Assembly (NCBI GenBank): GCA_907165135.1
Contig: OU015569.1
Coordinates: 7,006,001-7,070,000 of the forward strand
Direction: 5' to 3'
DNA length: 64,000 nt
DNA from: Oikopleura dioica
Lineage: Eukaryota; Animalia; Chordata
The position numbers were made by a program, and so were the translations under genes. Numbering within the stretch: position 1 is the stretch's first letter; each line of letters starts with the position of its first letter. Of the stretch, positions 27,101-38,736 are shown one piece after another. The notes under the pieces are model-generated. The model ran no database searches and had not been told where the DNA came from. It worked only from the letters and a program-made list of their open reading frames with translations.

Positions 27101-27546
27101 AATGAAGAATCATTTTTTTCTCAGGAAAAATTCATCCCTGGACGTCTCTTTATTTGTTGACAAGTTATTTCTAACCCACCGGTAGGTTAAGTTGATGGTG
27201 GCAAATAAACTCAAGTCAACCCGCTGAATTAATTCTTTCTAAATCATTTGACGAGTTGAACGAACAAATTTACAGCAACAACAAGTCAGGGACTTACCTT
27301 TTTCTTGATTGTTTCTGCGATAAATAAAGCCTCACGTAAGCCTTCTATTTGATTATTCGGTCCATAAAGCAAAATAGGAATCACGAAACTCTCATTTTCG
27401 TAATTTTCACTGTGCAAGTAGTCTTTTTCGTTTTGTGGTGAATAAACGAGTATTCTCGTGAGCTGGATGAAAGCAAGAAGAGAAATAATGCAAAACACAA
27501 AATTGCTTCTGACTGTCATAAGCGATCTCAAAGAATGCCGCATCAT
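24132..27546 (-). CDS. O-fucosyltransferase-like (O-FucT/POFUT-fold) type II membrane module, probably the N-terminal half of a fusion with the sulfotransferase
   Basis: N-terminal TM (FVFCIISLLAFIQLTRILV); GPNNQIEGLREALFIAETIKKK|LILPAF motif; ALHWRYD; SQELSFLSDTFIFSTMSTWS. First intron (~25392-27298) carries nested TIR elements. One frameshift at ~24470-24480. Confidence 0.75.
25596..26911. mobile_element. Non-autonomous Mutator/Foldback-like TIR element
   Basis: ~190-bp imperfect TIRs starting GG (GGTCGTAAGTTGTCACCTGGGAACC / GGTTCCCAGGTGACAGCATACCACC), built from palindromic AATCTGGGAAC...GTTCC(A/C)AGATT units. 9-bp TSD AAAATATGC at 25587-25595 and 26912-26920. No transposase ORF. Confidence 0.85.
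26090..26656. mobile_element. MITE (hAT-like) nested inside the previous element
   Basis: Perfect 12-bp TIR CTAGGGTCGGAC/GTCCGACCCTAG. Flanking direct repeat CCTGTCT (GCCTGTCT, 8 bp, if the boundary is shifted by 1). About 10 copies of the CCTTACTAAGG/CCTTAGTAAGG motif, mostly subterminal. Confidence 0.85.
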
Positions 27547-28727
27547 TCAGTTTTCTAGCAGATTTATTTCTCTTATCGCGGATAATTCCGTTCGGCTGGC
27601 GCTCTTATCATAAACTCCATTTTTCTTTATCCCCTGACTTGGGACCACGATTGGGCTTTTTGGCCTCGAAAAAGCTTGGAATCATGGAATTTTCAATTCG
27701 AATTTTATTTTCGTTTTTTTTGGGAATGTTCGTTTTCGCGCGCGCTAGTAAAGTGGATGTAGAGGGAGTTGCTGAGCACGAGTGGCCCGACTTATGCTCG
27801 AAAGCTGATAACTCCTCAACGGCAAGTAGGGTAGTAAGTAGGGCGAGTAGTAGTAGAGACGATGATGGATCGTGAGGCGGTGGTGCAAAAACTAAGTTAA
27901 TAAGATCTACTCTTACTAATTTTAAGAGTTATCTGTCTCGTTCACGGGAAATGGGGATGTGGCAAGTTGAAATTTCAAGAGTCCTTGCCGCTGGAGCTTT
28001 GGGAATTTTTCTTTGCTTTGAAAACGCGGGAGATCCTCTACTGATGATTATTTTTGAAACATTGTAGAATCAGAAAATTTCAGCGGATTTTCAAAAAGAG
28101 TCAATACTGATGGCCATGCTTCAATATAAAAAAATATTCTTCTGATTAATCCTCTAGTACAAACCACGAATTATTTAAAGTTATTTGAAGGCGCCTAAGA
28201 TGAGTGATCTCATGTCTCTTTCACATCACTCATGGTCGAAGATATAGAAACTGTACAACCCAAGCACCAAGTACACTTTATCATGCTATGCGAAAGCAAG
28301 TACCTGCAACTAGGGTTATACAAGAGTTCCACACGATATTTTAATTAATCTCTGCGGGACGCGAACTCTTTAGAAATCACTTTTCGAAGTGAGGATGCTC
28401 ATCGGACTCCGGGTCCCACGAAGATTGTTTCAGTGCTCCACCTGATCGGTGAACAAAATTTATTTGTTTAGCTGCTTGTCAAATATTTTTCTCGACATGC
28501 TTTAGCCTTTGTGATGAAGCTTCTTTGCTGGTTTATTAATTACATCAAGAGGCTAACAAATTGGACGATGCTCGCTAGTTGAAAGAATATTTTTATGCAA
28601 ATCATCAATCAAAGCAAACACCGAAAGTCAAAGGTTGCACTTTTCAAGGCCTCAAAAAAAATAGAGAAGTAGAATTTGCGCTCAATTAGATATATTTTCA
28701 TTATTTATTGTATTATCATTCAGAATT

Positions 28728-31400
28728 CATGTCACATTCAGAGAGTAAACGTGAAGGGTCCTCAGGTATAGGCGACTTGCGTGTAGGAGTCTGATCGAAC
28801 TTTTTCATTTAGAAAATAAATTAATCAAAAATGTGTTCGTGCGAAAATGATGAAAGCTCTTTTCCTTGGAGAGCATCGGAAGAGGTCCGTCTTTACGACG
28901 AACAGAGTTGGCTTTGCTTGGCTTGGACTGGTGGTGCTTTATTCTTTCAAAATGGATCCTTTTGCTGTAATAAAGTATAATTTAAGTATTAAAAGACTAG
29001 CCAGAATGTCTCGCAGGTGAGAAATATCCGTATGAGCCCACACATTTTACAGCAAATTATATATAATATATTCTACGAAGTATAATTTGAAAGAATTCCT
29101 GAAAAGGGTAGCAGCAGCTCGTAGTCGGAATAATTAGCTGAAGTCGGAGCAGAAATTTACGGCAGATTTTGTGGCTAATGAAATTGTTACTTGAGGAATT
29201 CGGAATGAAAGTCTTACCGAGTAAGGGTAAATCTGTTACGAAAGTCGTGACTTAAAAAGGAATATAAAATGGGATTCAGAACTGCGTTAAAGTAGGCCAG
29301 GACAAATGTGAGGTCAGTGGTTATACTGTTGCTGTTTGAAAATCGTTTGAGAGTGTTGTCATGATGCCAGAAGCTATTTGTAGCGAAATTGATGAAATAC
29401 TGGGTTGATAGAGTAGCCAAACCCTTTTCTCGAAATAATTGGCTATTTTGTCTAATTGTAATTAAAGCTCGTGCAACTTCTGTTCCTCGACGGCATTTAA
29501 AATATTCACGAACAATTTTTTTGATAATGTGGACCACATTTCTGGAGAATATTTAAAAGATTAAAAAACGAGCCGTCTTACGAACAAGGTGCAATTGAGT
29601 TCAGAAAGAAATGTTTTGGTAGTACATATTATGGTAACATATTTAACCATGAAACATCGTTAGCTGTAACCGCAAAGTGGCGTTTTTAGAAATGTTTTAA
29701 AAGATCACGACTTTTATCAAGATTTTCAAACTTTGCCTGCAGGTTGTTCTGCTAACGTTAACTCCGGTGATTTTCGCGATGTGCCACAAGTGAAATGGGA
29801 GCCAGCAGAAGATAAAAGATATGATAAGAACCATAATGAGAATCGTCACTCGTTTTCTTGCGCTTATCGTCGTGCTGAATTAGGGCTGGGGTTAGGGTTA
29901 GGGATGGTTTGAATACCTGGGAGCGATCTTGTCACTTTGCAAAGTAGATTGAAACGATCTTGAGTGTGCTCGCTTGTGCACTTGGTTCATCGTTAGAAGA
30001 ATGCGCATGTAACAGAAGCAGATGGCGGCGACTTATCCGAGTTCATTAGAAATGCTGCCGGGATTAAGCAGCTCTAATCGCCCAATCCTTAATTTAGGGT
30101 ACGCACGAAGCTCATCTAACAAAGATTATCGCACTTTTTAATTAAACTATACGAGAGATAATAAATTTTTATAAAAGTTGCAGAATAGAAATGTACATTA
30201 ACAACTTCTGCTGGAGTATTTTAAATCCATATCTTGTTTTGGCAGGTGCAAGCCAACAAACCCGGGCCTGGAATAACGAATCCAATCAAAAAGCACTGTA
30301 CAAGTACCATCGGAATATTTGCGAGTGGGGGTGGCGGCAAGACATGGCTCCTTGTCGGTGATTTGCGTCAGGAAAAGCTATTCATAATCTTTGCTTCTGG
30401 CATAAAAATCAACTTACAAAGCGCGCATTGCTGGGAGCCTCCTTTCTCGACTTCGTCCGTATAAATAATCAGTGGGATTACGACGATAAGAGACGCGACC
30501 CACACGAAAGTTACTTTCTTTACTCAAAAAGGAATGCTAAGGTGTGATTACTAATAATAGTTACTACAGGCAGGAGTCAGACTCTGGTAAGAATCTAATT
30601 GAATGAATTTATTGTCACTGATTTCATTAGTTTTTGAGTAATGCCTGAGATAAGGAGAAATGTTCTCTTGCGGAAGATCGTAATACCGTTTCTGCAAATC
30701 AAGGTGTACCTGTTCAGGGATTCCATAATCATAGATTGATTATTCACCCATCAATGAATGAAGTGAATTTATGGATCCCAAACTGTCAAAAGCCATGGCC
30801 GTCTGGCAAGTCATTGAGAAAAATATTGCTGATGGAAAGATGGAAATTAGAGTTCTTGATATTAATATAAAACGAATGAATCTCATCATTCAAGATTGTC
30901 TGTGGTTGGACTATAGTAAAGCTTTTAAATTTTCTGAATGACCTAACAAAAGAAAAATTGAAGCAAAGAAGTTGACTAGTTTGATTGCTTCGGACGATTT
31001 GCATAGAAACGTTCCATAGCGCCAAAAGGCATTCAGCTTTTGATCTGCTGCAAACGGGAGAGACATGATCTAGAATATATATTATTTATGTATGGGCAAT
31101 AAAGATAAGAGTATGTTTATATTGAGTTTCTAACCAGAAGAGCGTTGGCCAGCGCCAAGTGAAACGCGTAAAGACCAGATGGCGACTTGAGGCCATCGCG
31201 ACTGAGCCCGAGAACAAGAACGACGAGTAAATTCGAAAGGATCCCAATGAAAAACAGGGCTATGTAAATCCCAGCGAAGGCTTTTTGTTCAGGCGTTCGG
31301 AACTCGGCGAAAAAATCCTTGTCAAATGTCAGGTTTCGAAATTTGAGCTCGAGGTCGATTGTTGACAGATCTTCCGAGGATGTATTAATTATTTGGGGCA
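28728..31400 (-). CDS. Class A peptide GPCR (somatostatin/opioid/allatostatin-C receptor-like), multi-exon
   Basis: TM1 IYIALFFIGILSNLLVV; TM2 FHLALANALL|IMSLPF; W-x-Y-G-x-F-L-C-K; FASIFLL|TAMAFDR|Y; TM4 FVWVASLIVVIP; TM5 GFVIP|VAAICFCY; TM6 FIFCWLPF; TM7 NAVLNPILY. Start and stop are approximate. Confidence 0.85.
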
Positions 31401-32201
31401 GGGAACTTTCTCACTACACATGCCAAATGCTATCAATTCGTGCTGCTTATCCTAGCGTGAGTGTGGCTTACTGGTTTATATATCCGAGCCTAAATCGAAC
31501 TCCATTTCATCCTGTGATGATTTTCTAGGTTTTCTTTTCCTCTCTCGTTTTTTTTTTCTAAACTTGCTCTCTCCTTTTTTCGGTTTATAAAAAGTTAACC
31601 TCCTGCTTGTTCTGAGAGAGAATTACAGAATAACTGTAGGGCGCCATCTATTGAGAAAATCACGCGCTAAGCTCAATAAGTTATAATCACTACAGAAAAC
31701 CTGTGCAAGCTTTAATAAATCCTTAAATAAAATGATTATTGAATAAGCATTTAAACCACTCCTCCTGATATGTTTATATAATAATACGTTTTTTAAATAA
31801 AATCTTATGTTAAACTACTTAATTTTGACATTTATAATAGATTTTAGTCAGAATTTAGCCCACTCCTGAAATTCGAAGTTGCACATTTTTTAAACTGTAA
31901 ATATTGATTTATAAGAAGGATAAATATGATAATATTTCTTTCATCAAAGTTCCACTATTTTGGTTTGATTTTTGCTCCTTATGTCGATACTGGTAAAAAT
32001 TCTAGGGCAAATGCTTGATGACCTTGGTTGTGGTTGCCTGCCTCGCGGGCGCACCACCACCCGGAGTCACCCCTAAAAGAAAAATATAATTCCTGCATCC
32101 TGTATTCTCTGACCGGTTTATCAGCCGAGCGGAATCGAGAAATCCAAAAGAGAATGCGTCGATAAATACGCCAATTTGTCAAACTTTGAAAGTGTTTCAA
32201 A

Positions 32202-33880
32202 ATGAGTGAGTGGCAATTCACACGAAGGAAAAGAAAGTGGGGACGAACGCTTCGAACAGGTAAAAATTCAATGGAACGGCTAGAGTGTAAAGAGTTAATT
32301 TCCCAAAGTTGTTGTCGTCTCCAATATACTCTTCTGGTTCGTTGGATGTGGCATTTTATCACTCGGAGTATGGATGAGATTTATTCAAGGTCCAGTCAAG
32401 GAGCGGACGCAATATTTTTAACTTCTCAAGGCACGTGGTCCAATCATTGGACCACGGCCACTTTTACCCCCTGTATTTCCCGTTTTAGTAATCTGTTTGA
32501 CCTGAAATTTGTAATGTGAGCTGATAGGACGAAAACGAACCACTCTGTGAAGTTTCGAATGAAAACTCAAAAGTGGTGGCGTTTTGCGCCATATTTCTCT
32601 TTCGCTCTCTGGTGGAATATCGAAACGGATTTTTCGATTTTCAATTGTTTATTTTTATAGAAGAGGGTTCAAGCTCTCTAACAATATATTTATAATCTTT
32701 TTTACACAACGGAAACGCCAATTAGAGCCAAAAGTTCTGAGCGCTATTTTTCACACTATGAATTTGGCGCGCCGCGCGGGGCTGGATAATGCATTGTGGT
32801 CCAATTATTGGACCCCGTGTTTTGAGGGTATAGTAGCGCGCCCGTGTTTTGAGAAGTTAATGTATTTGCTAACTTATCTTTCTTCCAAAGAAACAGCTTT
32901 AAATTATTAATAGTGGTCACGGTAAAACAGATTCAGACACGAGGCGATTACAATTTGTCAAAATCTACAATGAGACAGATTTTATTGAGTCCAAAACGTA
33001 GGATTACTTTCTCGAATACCAAGACTTGCGCGTGGCCTTGGCGTTGATCCTGGCTTCTGGGATTTTATTTCTCGTCCTGTCACTCGTAGGCACCTGCGGT
33101 GCGAATATGAAAAATGAAGGCATGGGGTTTTTAAGTGATTTTGACGATTATCGTCACTGTATTACAGTTGGATTAGCCTCGAGATCGCTAAAATGATCCC
33201 GTTGAAAAGTACTCCTCAGTCTTTACACGATAACAATGGCGATTCTATGCACATGCGAAATAATCTCGATCTTCGTCTTTATTGCACAGAAAAAGGACGA
33301 CTTGCTGCAGTCCTTTGGCAACTGGTACAACACAGAGGTCTTTATGCGGCTAGACCAGACGAAAGCACCGACAGTTTGGCAAAAGAACAGGAAGATTGTT
33401 GAGCACGTTCAAGAAGCTCTCCACTGCTGCGGTCTCCAGTCCGACTCCGATTTTCAGGAATATCACGTCGTGTCCGCCAAAGACGCCGAGCAGCTTAGAG
33501 CCACTTGCATTCTCAAAAATGGGAACCGCGACGGGGAGATTCAGGTAAATTAAAACATGCTCTGATTCGGAGCATTCAATGTTTTCGCTTATTGTCTTGC
33601 CTTTTAATTAGACATCGTTTTTGCTCTGAAAATAAGATCGAAAAGTGATTTCATGTAGAGTCTTTATTATAGACAATTAATTAATTTGATTTTGTTGCAT
33701 AATTTATGTATGAATTATTCAGCGGCCGGAGTTTTACAAAGATGGCTGTTTCAATGCACTCATCTCAGAAGGAGAAAAGTTCATTACATATCTGTGGATT
33801 ATATCTCCAATCGTCATATTTAACCAGTTGGTCGCCCTTGTCAGCACGATCCTCTTTGTCATTTACTTGATAAAAGGTGG
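32202..33880 (+). CDS. Tetraspanin module (4 TM), continuing in frame into the PDZ array
   Basis: NILFWFVGCGILSLGVW (TM1); LSLVGTCGANMKNE (TM2); TCEIISIFVF (TM3); LHCCG in EC2; GCF; TM4 IVIFNQLVALVSTILFVIYL. No stop codon after TM4. Confidence 0.85.
32422..32856. mobile_element. TTAA-flanked MITE (piggyBac-like ends) in tetraspanin intron
   Basis: TTAA|CTTCTCAAGGCACG ... CGTGTTTTGAGAAG|TTAA; palindrome GTGGTCCAAT(C/T)ATTGGACC near both ends. Confidence 0.7.
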
Positions 33881-36800
33881 CAAATACGACGACGATGACG
33901 AGGATTGCTCCGCTCTTGTAGATCAGCTGGATACGATGTCGATTAAGTCTTTCCAAGACTACTCCCGCAAATTTCAAGAGGGAGAACAGCTGCCAAAGCC
34001 AAAAGTCTTCCGGATAGTGAAAAATCTCGTATTCCTACGTTTGGGATAGGACTCGAGTACAACGAGGAGCGTAAAGGTGTCATAGTTCAAGCAATCGACC
34101 CCGATTCGAATGCAGAATACGCCGGCCTGACCGTGAATGCGCGGATTATCGAGATTAATGGTCTTGTTGCGCAGGGCTCAACAATCGAGGAAGTCAAATT
34201 CAAAATCGACGCTGCATTAACCGAAATTAAAATCCTGGTGGTTGAAGAAAAAGCAGACGCGATTTATAGGGAGTGCAAAGTTGCGGTCAATTTGAGAAAC
34301 GTTGAAGGAGTCACTGGCGACGAGAACGACTATAAGCCGAGATTGGTAAAACTGGAACGGTCTGACTTGAGCGAGGGCTACGGATTCAATCTGCTGTACT
34401 TGGACGACAGAAAAGGCGAGTACATCGAAGAAGTTCAGCCAAGGGGACTTGCCGATCGTGCCGGGCTAAAAGTTGGTGATCGAATCATTGAAGTGAATGG
34501 AACTAACATCGAGACCTTCAAATCGAGAGAAGTGGTCAGCCGCATACGCATGGCCGAGTTCTCCGTGACAATGCTTTTGGTTGACCCAAAAACAGACGGC
34601 TACTTTCGCAAGAAAGCGGTTACAATCACGTCTTCCCTCGCTGAAGAATTCTTCGACGAAAGAGTCGGCAAAGTGCGAAAAGGCAAAGCGAAGAAGGATA
34701 AGGTATTCTTAAACCAGTTTTTACATCGGTAATGGCATTCTTTGTAGACACATATCAAACCTCGTTATTGCCGATTGGTGAAAGCGCACAAAGAGGATTA
34801 TGGCCTTTATGTTGTCATAGATAATAATCGTATTGGACAAGTCGTCCGATGGGTCGACTGTGGTGGCCCAGCTGACCGAGCAGGATTAAGGAGAGTGGAC
34901 ACTATTTTTGATATTCTATCACATTGATTCTCAGGGTACTTTCGCAAGTATAGCACATTTTCAAACGAAAATTGCGTTATTATAACATTAACAAGCTGTT
35001 CACTCTACGCGTCAGAATAGGAGACAGAATAATTGAAGTAAATGGTATTAACTGCGAGTACGAGACACATCAGCGACTTGTTGCCACCATAAAGGTTACT
35101 GGTTCATAATTAATGTTCGATCGAGCAAATAAGCCCTTTAAACACTACTAAAGCAATTTTCACTTGAAAGATTCATTTGATCGGAAATAGTTATGAACCA
35201 AGGACTAGGCTGGCAAAAATATTTGTCACTTTATCGTCGTCGATGAAGATTATGACAGGCAGTACAAGCGCGGCAAGCCTAGGCTCTGCAGAATTTTTAA
35301 AGAAGATGGCGCTTTTGGCTTCTGCGTATGTTACGATGACGAAAAAGACGGCCATTATGTTGAAGAAGTAGATCCAGGAGGACCTGCAGAGCGCGCAGGA
35401 CTAAAGACAGGCGATCGCGTTATCCAAATTAATGGGATGAACATTGAAGCAGATGACCATGAAGACTGTATTCAACGCTTGCGTATGTGCGAAGTCGAAG
35501 TACTGCTTCTTGTGACTGACGCGAAGGTAATTATTGGCTTTTGAACTCGAGCTCCAGGCATTTTTGTAGGCGGATACACATTACAAGAACATCGTTGACT
35601 TCAAAATCAAAGGGATGGAACAGATCGACTGGGATGCGATCTCGATTCCGGCTGAGCCATATTTCATGCCTTTGGATTCTGACGCAGAAACAGAGCTGCA
35701 AGAAGACGACACAATAACGTTGGGAATGTCAGACTCGATCTCACTCTCTGAAACAAAATCATTCACAACATTTACATCGGAAGGAACTCTTCGCGGAGAT
35801 CTTCAACGCTCGACACACGCTCTCGGCGTACCTCGTAATTGTACTTTGTTGAAGACCGACCACGAACAACATGGATTCTTCCTTGCTATTGATCGAGACA
35901 GAAATGGACAGGTCATCCGGAGAGTAGAGAAAGGTGGCCCCGCTGACTCGGCTGGTCTTAGGGATGGAGATAGAATCATTGAAGGTAAGGAAAACATATT
36001 TAGGCCTTCTTTAAATAAGCAAAAATAAGTGAATGGTATCAACTGCGAGCGATACTCCCACGAGCAGGTCGTCGACTTGATAAAGAAAGCAGGAAACGAA
36101 ATAAGGTTCCTTGTGATTGATGAAAGATCTGACGACGTCAAAGCGAAAAATAAGCCATATCTTTTCCGCATTGTCCAGGTACCGAGTTGATTCTGAACAT
36201 ACTAGCCATAATTATTTGACAGGGAAAATCTGGATATGGTTTCTATATCTGGCACGACGATGACGGACATTATGTGGAAGATATCACAATAGGCTCACCA
36301 GCCGATAGAGCTGGTCTTCGAGCGGGTAATTTTATTTTGACATTTCCGATAATTCAAATCGACTTTAGGTGATAGAATTATCGAAATTAACAACGTCAAC
36401 ATTGAAAAAGAATCCACCGAAGATGTTTTTACCGAATCAAGGTATGAATCGAGTTCTCTATCTTTATTAAGAATTTTTAGGCTTGTCACAATGTGGTTAA
36501 TTTGTTAGCAGTTGATGCCAAAACTTTCGTCTACTACAAGAAAAACAATATCGGCATCACCGCTTACAAGGCTGATATGAAGTTTTCTGGTTGGAAAGGC
36601 TGGGGCGGGTTCGACAGAGGAGGAAACGCCCAGGGAATCGATGAGAATAGCAAGACAATTTCAGGAACGGTCAATTGAAATCTTGAGTTATTGAAAGAAA
36701 AATTATAAAAATCTTATTAATTTATCTTATGAGTTATGTCTTGACGTGTTTTTCGACCAATATAAAGCGCAATCTACGTTCATACTGTCAAAAGACGATG

Positions 36801-38436
36801 ACGAAGACTGGGGCTTCAAACTTGCAAATACAACATCATTCAACATCGATTCAAATGAAAAGAAAATCGGTCACAATATTCATTGGGTCGAGAAAGGCGG
36901 CCCCGCCGAGTACGCGGGTCTTCGTGATGGCGACAGACTACTTGCTGTTGAAGACGTTGATGTGACGGACTACGCCCACGAAGAGGTTATTGCCTTGCTT
37001 GAGAAAGCGCAAGAGGCGTGTGAAGTCAAGTTACTCGTTCAATACACTGAGTCTATTGATGCTTACACTCCGCACGATGTCGAAATGGTTAAGAAGCCCG
37101 GCGAGACCTTTGGTTTCCATCTCTGGTTCGACGACCAAGGGCACTATGTCGAAGATGTTACAATTGGCTCCATTGCAGATAAAGCCGGTCTTAAAGTGGG
37201 CGATCGTGTGAAAGAAGTCAACCACAGAAACATCGAGCTCGAGATACACGAAAACTGTGTCTCCCGAGTTCGTGAAAGTGGCGACACTGTTCACTTGAAC
37301 GTCATGTCCGTCCAGGCGGATCAGCTTCGCGAAGTTGTTACCCCTAGACGAGTCCTCCTGACTAAAGAAAAGGGAACGTTCGGATTCTACATCAACCAAG
37401 ATGACAAAGGACACTATTTTGAGCTCGTTCAGGAAGGGATTGAACAAAAAATAAATGAAATTATTGTAGAAAAAGAATTATCAAGACAAAACAAAATTTT
37501 ATTAAGATAAAATTGTTCAATCTCTTTCCAGGCTGGCTTAGCTGCAGACAAAGCTGGAGTATCTACTGGTGATCGTTTGATTGAAATTGGTCGTGTTTCT
37601 CTCGAAGGACAAAATCATGACTTTGTCGTGAATAAAATCAAATCTGCTGGAGAAAGTATAGAAATCACCATCCTTTCGACTCGAAAAGAACTGCCGCAAA
37701 TGCAAGCCGACGAGTTGTTGGAAGACTCGCCGATTTTCGCTCAGCTTCTTGGAAAAGAAAAGATTGATTACAAGGTGGCTCCAAGAATGTTCCAAAATAG
37801 ACGACGCAGAGGAAAGCAAGAAAAGAGAGGAACGAATTTTAATAATCCTTCAAAGGCTAAAGCCGAAGGAGAAGGTAAGAGGAAGCCATTAATGTCTCTA
37901 CAAAACAACCTTAGGTGATGCGGAAAGCACTGAAGGAGACAAAAATAAGCTTCGAAAGCGCAAGAAAAACGCGACGGAAAGAAAGTCAAATTCGATGCCG
38001 GCGAGGATAATGTAGCTTTCGAAATCGACGACGAGGAGAAAAAGAAACGCAAAAAGAGGCGCAAGAAAAAGGAAGCTGTCGGAGATGATAAGGACAAATT
38101 ATCAGATGATGACGAACAGAAGAAACAACGTCGTAAGCGAAAACAACGACGAGATGAACCCGTTAACGACGAAGAAAAAATCGAAAGACATAAAGGTGAG
38201 ACAAGAACTAAAATCGTTGTTTGTAAAAAAAAATCTCAGCTCTGCGGAAGAAAACAAACGCTGCCCGTAAAGGTCTTTTGATGGACGGCAAAAAGTCCTC
38301 ACGAAAGCTTGAAAAGACCCAAGCTGGAGATTCAAAGCAAAAATGGGACTGGGAAATGGATCAGGACACTAAACTCGGTGCCATTGCCGAAGAAGCCGAA
38401 GCCGAGGCACCTGTTGGTCAGCTCGTTGATTACTAA
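33881..38436 (+). CDS. Nine NHERF/PDZK1-type PDZ domains plus Lys/Arg/Glu-rich tail (C-terminal part of the tetraspanin gene)
   Basis: Nine repeats with P-R-x-C/V-x-L...[YF]G[FL]...GGPA-x2-AGL-x2-GDR-I-I-E-V-N-G patterns across multiple exons; stop TAA at 38434-38436. Apparent 1-nt deletions at ~34020-34024 and ~36426-36430. Confidence 0.85.
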
Positions 38437-38736
38437 AACAATAATGAATCTTTTTAAACAATATAAACTTATCAAGTACATTCAAACCTACTTATGCCTG
38501 TATGACCCTTCTACCTGCCAAAACCAATTCAGTAAAAGTCTGTAAAAATAAATATACATATTTATGAAGTGAATTTAAAAATAAGTGCGATGAATAAATC
38601 TCATTCAAGTGCATCGCAGACATTTGGTGATCACAAGATCGTAAAAATAAGGTCGTTTAAGTTGTTCCACCCCTCCCAGTTATGGTCAAGAAAATTTTTC
38701 GATGTCAATCACATAAGATCGAGAATTTGGCAAACG

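Noticed and set aside
30700-30730. Apparent NRY instead of DRY in the GPCR
   Set aside because: The N codon is intronic; a 20-nt micro-exon (30783-30802, TAMAFDR) supplies D-R at the correct spacing from C3.25.
30710-30950. Apparent TT-AG donors flanking the GPCR micro-exon (and a CT donor at ~40465 in urocanase)
   Set aside because: Each becomes GT or GC if a GG was collapsed to G, matching the homopolymer-deletion pattern seen elsewhere. It cannot be claimed as novel splicing without reads.
34015-34030. Programmed -1 frameshift between tetraspanin and PDZ
   Set aside because: No proper X XXY YYZ heptamer or obvious stimulatory structure; the same error type occurs in unrelated genes.
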